64,000 nt of DNA, taken from assembly GCF_006345805.1 (NCBI RefSeq), contig NC_043002.1, positions 55,366,001-55,430,000 on the forward strand, in the 5' to 3' direction. Source of the stretch: Octopus sinensis (Eukaryota). The position numbers and the translations under genes were made by a program. The notes under the pieces were generated by a model. The model was not told the DNA's origin, ran no database searches, and was given only the letters and a program-made list of their open reading frames with translations. Shown piece after piece: positions 58,501-64,000 of this stretch (position 1 is its first letter; each line of letters starts with the position of its first letter).

Positions 58501-61157
58501 CTTTTCTCTTCAGCGTAGAATACTATAATCATAAATGATTATATATTGAATTTTGAGATACCAGAAGGCACCAACTCAACTCAGTATCAGAGCGAGCTAG
58601 AATCCGCAACTGGTATCACCGAATTCAATTTGTGAATGAAACGATTGTGTCAACAGCCCCTTCCCACCCGCGTGTAGCCAAAACAAGATGCTGTGGTCAT
58701 CTACTGAGATAAAATATGGTTATCCGTAATAATGAAGGGTGAAATTAATTAATTTGGAAAAATTATCAATTACACCAAGTAGTCTTCGGCATGTAAAAGC
58801 CTCATTCGAGGAAAATTCAAGTAATACTAAGCAATAAGGGTTTAGCAACGAGTTGCCCTACCACACACCGAATTTAGAAATAGCAGCCAAAGGGTTATAG
58901 CTATTTCTTCTACTAAAAAGGGAGATCTCAGTAAAAACAGCATTTGGAAGGCAGACACAAACAGGTAAGAGAGAATGAATTGACTGCAATCTATCATACA
59001 TTTTTTTTAGTTATCCACGGACGTACGTTTCGAAATCAAGTTTTTAGGAAAGCATAAGAATTAAATATTAAATATTAAATAATTCTATCTTACCGAAACT
59101 TCTTTTCTCTTCAGCGTAGAATACTATAATCATAAATGATTATATATTGAATTTTGAGATACCAGAAGGCACCAACTCAACTCAGTATCAGAGCGAGCTA
59201 GAATCCGCAACTGGTATCACCGAATTCAATTTGTGAATGAAACGATTGTGTCAACAGCCCCTTCCCACCCGCGTGTAGCCAAAACAAGATGCTGTGGTCA
59301 TCTACTGAGATAAAATATGGTTATCCGTAATAATGAAGGGTGAAATTAATTAATTTGGAAAAATTATCAATTACACCAAGTAGTCTTCGGCATGTAAAAG
59401 CCTCATTCGAGGAAAATTCAAGTAATACTAAGCAATAAGGGTTTAGCAACGAGTTGCCCTACCACACACCGAATTTAGAAATAGCAGCCAAAGGGTTATA
59501 GCTATTTCTTCTACTAAAAAGGGAGATCTCAGTAAAAACAGCATTTGGAAGGCAGACACAAACAGGTAAGAGAGAATGAATTGACTGCAATCTATCATAC
59601 ATTTTTTTTAGTTATCCACGGACGTACGTTTCGAAATCAAGTTTTTAGGAAAGCATAAGAATTAAATATTAAATATTAAATAATTCTATCTTACCGAAAC
59701 TTCTTTTCTCTTCAGCGTAGAATACTATAATCATAAATGATTATATATTGAATTTTGAGATACCAGAAGGCACCAACTCAACTCAGTATCAGAGCGAGCT
59801 AGAATCCGCAACTGGTATCACCGAATTCAATTTGTGAATGAAACGATTGTGTCAACAGCCCCTTCCCACCCGCGTGTAGCCAAAACAAGATGCTGTGGTC
59901 ATCTACTGAGATAAAATATGGTTATCCGTAATAATGAAGGGTGAAATTAATTAATTTGGAAAAATTATCAATTACACCAAGTAGTCTTCGGCATGTAAAA
60001 GCCTCATTCGAGGAAAATTCAAGTAATACTAAGCAATAAGGGTTTAGCAACGAGTTGCCCTACCACACACCGAATTTAGAAATAGCAGCCAAAGGGTTAT
60101 AGCTATTTCTTCTACTAAAAAGGGAGATCTCAGTAAAAACAGCATTTGGAAGGCAGACACAAACAGGTAAGAGAGAATGAATTGACTGCAATCTATCATA
60201 CATTTTTTTTTTTTAGTTATCCACGGACGTACGTTTCGAAATCAAGTTTTTAGGAAAGCATAAGAATTAAATATTAAATATTAAATAATTCTATCTTACC
60301 GAAACTTCTTTTCTCTTCAGCGTAGAATACTATAATCATAAATGATTATATATTGAATTTTGAGATACCAGAAGGCACCAACTCAACTCAGTATCACAGC
60401 GAGCTAGAATCCGCAACTGGTTTTACCGAATTCAATTTGTGAATGAAACGATTGTGTCAACAGCCCCTTCCCACCCGCGTGTAGCCAAAACAAGATGCTA
60501 TGGTCATCTACTGAGATAAAATATGGTTATCCGTAATAATGAAGGGTGAAATTAATTAATTTGGAAAAATTATCAATTACACCAAGTAGTCTTCGGCATG
60601 TAAAAGCCTCATTCGAGGAAAATTCAAGTAATACTAAGCAATAAGGGTTTAGCAACGAGTTGCCCTACCACACACCGAATTTAGAAATAGCAGCCAAAGG
60701 GTTATAGCTATTTCTTCTACTAAAAAGGGAGATCTCAGTAAAAACAGCATTTGGAAGGCAGACACAAACAGGTAAGAGAGAATGAATTGACTGCAATCTA
60801 TCATACATTTTTTTTTTAGTTATCCACGGACGTACGTTTCGAAATCAAGTTTTTAGGAAAGCATAAGAATTAAATATTAAATATTAAATAATTCTATCTT
60901 ACCGAAACTTCTTTTCTCTTCAGCGTAGAATACTATAATCATAAATGATTATATATTGAATTTTGAGATACCAGAAGGCACCAACTCAACTCAGTATCAG
61001 AGCGAGCTAGAATCCGCAACTGGCTGTTGACACAATCGTTTCATTCACAAATTGAATTCGGTGATACCAGTTGCGGATTCTAGCTCGCTCTGATACTGAG
61101 TTGAGTTGGTGCCTTCTGGTATCTCAAAATTCAATATATAATCATTTACGATTATAG

Positions 61158-61269
61158 TATTCTACGCTGAAGAGAAAAGAAGTTTCGGTAAGATAGAATT
61201 ATTTAATATTTAATATTTAATTCTTATGCTTTCCTAAAAACTTGATTTCGAAACGTACGTCCGTGGATA
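61158..61269 (+). ncRNA. Type I hammerhead ribozyme in the inverted arm (second copy at 61762-61873)
   Basis: CTGAAGA at 61167-73, GAAA at 61250-53, GTC at 61259-61. Confidence 0.88.
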
Positions 61270-62057
61270 ACTAAAAAAAAAAATGTATGATAGATTGCAG
61301 TCAATTCATTCTCTCTTACCTGTTTGTGTCTGCCTTCCAAATGCTGTTTTTACTGAGATCTCCCTTTTTAGTAGAAGAAATAGCTATAACCCTTTGGCTG
61401 CTATTTCTAAATTCGGTGTGTGGTAGGGCAACTCGTTGCTAAACCCTTATTGCTTAGTATTACTTGAATTTTCCTCGAATGAGGCTTTTACATGCCGAAG
61501 ACTACTTGGTGTAATTGATAATTTTTCCAAATTAATTAATTTCACCCTTCATTATTACGGATAACCATATTTTATCTCAGTAGATGACCACAGCATCTTG
61601 TTTTGGCTACACGCGGGTGGGAAGGGGCTGTTGACACAATCGTTTCATTCACAAATTGAATTCGGTGATACCAGTTGCGGATTCTAGCTCGCTCTGATAC
61701 TGAGTTGGGTTGGTGCCTTCTGGTATCTCAAAATTCAATATATAATCATTTATGATTAGAGTATTCTACGCTGAAGAGAAAAGAAGTTTCGGTAAGATAG
61801 AATTATTTAATATTTAATATTTAATTCTTATGCTTTCCTAAAAACTTGATTTCGAAACGTACGTCCGTGGATAACTAAAACAAATGTATGATAGATTGCA
61901 GTCAATTCATTCTCTCTTACCTGTTTGTGTCTGCCTTCCAAATGCTGTTTTTACTGAGATCTCCCTTTTTAGTAGAAGAAATAGCTATAACCCTTTGGCT
62001 GCTATTTCTAAATTCGGTGTGTGGTAGGGCAACTCGTTGCTAAACCCTTATTGCTTA

Positions 62058-62137
<80 letters not shown>

Positions 62138-62406
62138 CTAGTTTGCGGCGATGCTGTGGCACGACCATGAAGAATTGTTTGTCGAATGTATTAACCCGAT
62201 GATTTATTTCTGAAAGCTATGTACTTATTCTGTTGGTAAATTTTTAGTGAACTGTTAATTTACAAGCATTGGTCGTCAAGCGGAACTCAAGGGGAGGGAC
62301 AATGGCACACACACACATACATACATACACACGCACACACACACATGCACACAGAAACGCACAAACTCATTCATGCACATATGTATATATATGTATATCC
62401 CGAACA

Positions 62407-62481
<75 letters not shown>

Positions 62482-62484
<3 letters not shown>

Positions 62485-62660
62485 GTCCTCTTTCTCTCCT
62501 TTTACGATCCCTTTTGATCGACCCCCCTTTTTTATTTTATTTTATTTGTTATTTTATTATTATTATTTTTTTTTTTTTTTTAAACCTTCAAAAGAAAAGC
62601 TCTACCTTGTAATTTGTTCTCTCTGTGTGCAGCCCTGTGTGGCTAATAAAGAAACATATC
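62482..62660 (+). mobile_element. 3' UTR-only fragment of a Tx1-clade LINE
   Basis: Matches 63197-63360; ends GGCTAATAAAGAAACA followed by (TATC)n. Confidence 0.8.
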
Positions 62661-62680
62661 TATTTATCTATCTATCTATC

Positions 62681-63360
62681 TTCCTTCAAACGGGAAGGAA
62701 GAGCTATTTTTATCATACTTGTGGATATGGCGAAAGAATGTATCTGGTGGACGCGTCTGAAAGGATTAGAGACAAACACTTTCCTCTCTGGTCAATCTCT
62801 CATCAACTTCTTCAAGTATCACTTGAAGAAAAAAGTGAGAGTAGAGAGGCAAGTTTTGTCTAGTGAATGTTTTAAAAAAAGATGGGTGAATGTAGCAAGG
62901 ATGGCACGTATGAATGACGAAGCCACCTTGACTATGATTCTATGAACCGTAAAAATTAATACAGAGAGTTGCTTATTTGCCAAAAAAAAAAAAAAAAAAA
63001 GAATATAACATGTGACTTCATTGACCGATGTTACCGTGGTCTTTTCCGTAGGCTTTTCTTTCCACGGGTAAACTCACCTGTCCTCCCCTTTACACTTCAT
63101 ATTGACATTTCTGTGATAACGATCCCTATTGATCAATTTTTTTCCTCTCCCCCCTTTTTTTAACCCCCCCCTTTTTTTTAACCCCCCCCTTTTTTTTTGT
63201 CCTCTTTCTCTCCTTTTACGATCCCTTTTGATCGACCCCCCCTTTTTTATTTTATTTTTTTATTTTTTATTTTTTTATTTTTTAAACCTTAAAAAGAAAA
63301 GCTCTACCTTGTAATTTGTTCTATCTGTGTGCAGCCCTGTGTGGCTAATAAAGAAACATA
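62681..63360 (+). mobile_element. 5'-truncated Tx1/L1-clade LINE (ORF2 C-terminus plus 3' UTR)
   Basis: AKECIWWTR..F..HLKKKVRVE..FKKRW is typical of the L1/Tx1 ORF2 end. Followed by a pyrimidine-rich UTR, AATAAA and (TCTA)n. Confidence 0.8.
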
Positions 63361-63377
63361 TCTATCTATCTAACTAA

Positions 63378-63431
<54 letters not shown>

Positions 63432-63549
63432 ATCTATCTATCTATCTATCTATTTATCTATATATCAATCTATCTATCTATCTATCTATTTATCTATTTA
63501 TCTATCTATCAATCTATCTATCTATCTATCTATCTAACGATCTATCTAT

Positions 63550-63639
<90 letters not shown>

Positions 63640-63652
63640 ACGATCTATCTAT

Positions 63653-63687
<35 letters not shown>

Positions 63688-63737
63688 ACTATCTATCTAT
63701 CTATCTATCTATTTATCTATCTATCATTCTATCTATC

Positions 63738-63812
<75 letters not shown>
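63361..63812. repeat. (TCTA)n microsatellite, about 450 bp
   Basis: Directly visible. Confidence 0.95.
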
Positions 63813-63815
<3 letters not shown>

Positions 63816-64000
63816 CATATGCCTATTTTTCCCCCTGTCTGCCGAGTATGGGCGGTAGTGGCACCGCGGTACTTTTTCACAAGAGTCTGGATCTCAATGT
63901 AAGGACAATATTCGTAGACCCGGAGGGTAGACTGGTCGTCCTGGATGTCGACGGCAGCAATGGGTGCGCTTTTCGACTCGTATCAGTTTACGCACCGCCC
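63813..64000 (+). mobile_element. Tx1/L1 ORF2 APE-endonuclease fragment running off the window
   Basis: Translates as ..GGSGTAVLFHKSLDLNVRTIFVDPEGRLVVLDV..FRLVSVYAP, matching the GVA-L, D-EGR and VYAP motifs of L1/Tx1 endonucleases. Confidence 0.82.

Larger units (their letters stand above)
52103..62060. mobile_element. Retrozyme/Penelope-pLTR-like tandem array of about 600-bp units: about 14.8 units in one orientation plus about 1.7 inverted
   Basis: GTTATCCGTAATAATG recurs at 52103, 52703, 53306 ... about 60526; orientation switches at about 61023. Units differ mainly in a T-run. (TA)n at both ends; no ORF; one hammerhead per unit. Confidence 0.95.

Noticed and set aside
52103-62060. CRISPR array or plain satellite interpretation of the long repeats
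   Set aside because: No unique spacers or cas genes and the context is eukaryotic. The conserved ribozyme, the empty paralogous site and the fold-back favour a retroelement origin over a simple satellite.

Overview
AT-rich, microsatellite-dense eukaryotic DNA whose SINE and repeat content suggests an octopus/cephalopod genome (inference). Two things stand out. (1) There are two intact, oppositely oriented paralogues of a spliced gene for an unrecognised secreted glycoprotein of about 280+ aa (copy A, minus strand, 2156-6481; copy B, plus strand, 37157-40427). Signal peptide, intron phases (1,0,0), amphipathic helices and a C-terminal D-helix-like segment suggest a long-chain helical cytokine. 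Copy B lies between two paralogous blocks of a tandem segmental duplication (25373-36625 vs 40507-62480) that points to further copies. (2) At least six distinct families of type I hammerhead-ribozyme elements are present, nearly all inserted in (TA)n tracts. They include a 3.1 x 489 bp array, a 10 kb array of about 17 x 600 bp units with a terminal fold-back, a 1.5-mer, a Penelope GIY-YIG remnant and a tRNA-headed element. I read these as a Penelope/retrozyme-like system predicted to yield self-cleaved, possibly circular RNAs. Also present: decayed R4/Dong, CR1-like and Tx1 LINEs, a mariner, Helitron-like elements, SINEs, a 5-unit 1.3-1.7 kb tandem repeat and a 1.4 kb inversion between the duplicated blocks. 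All alignments and folds were done by eye; no database search was run.
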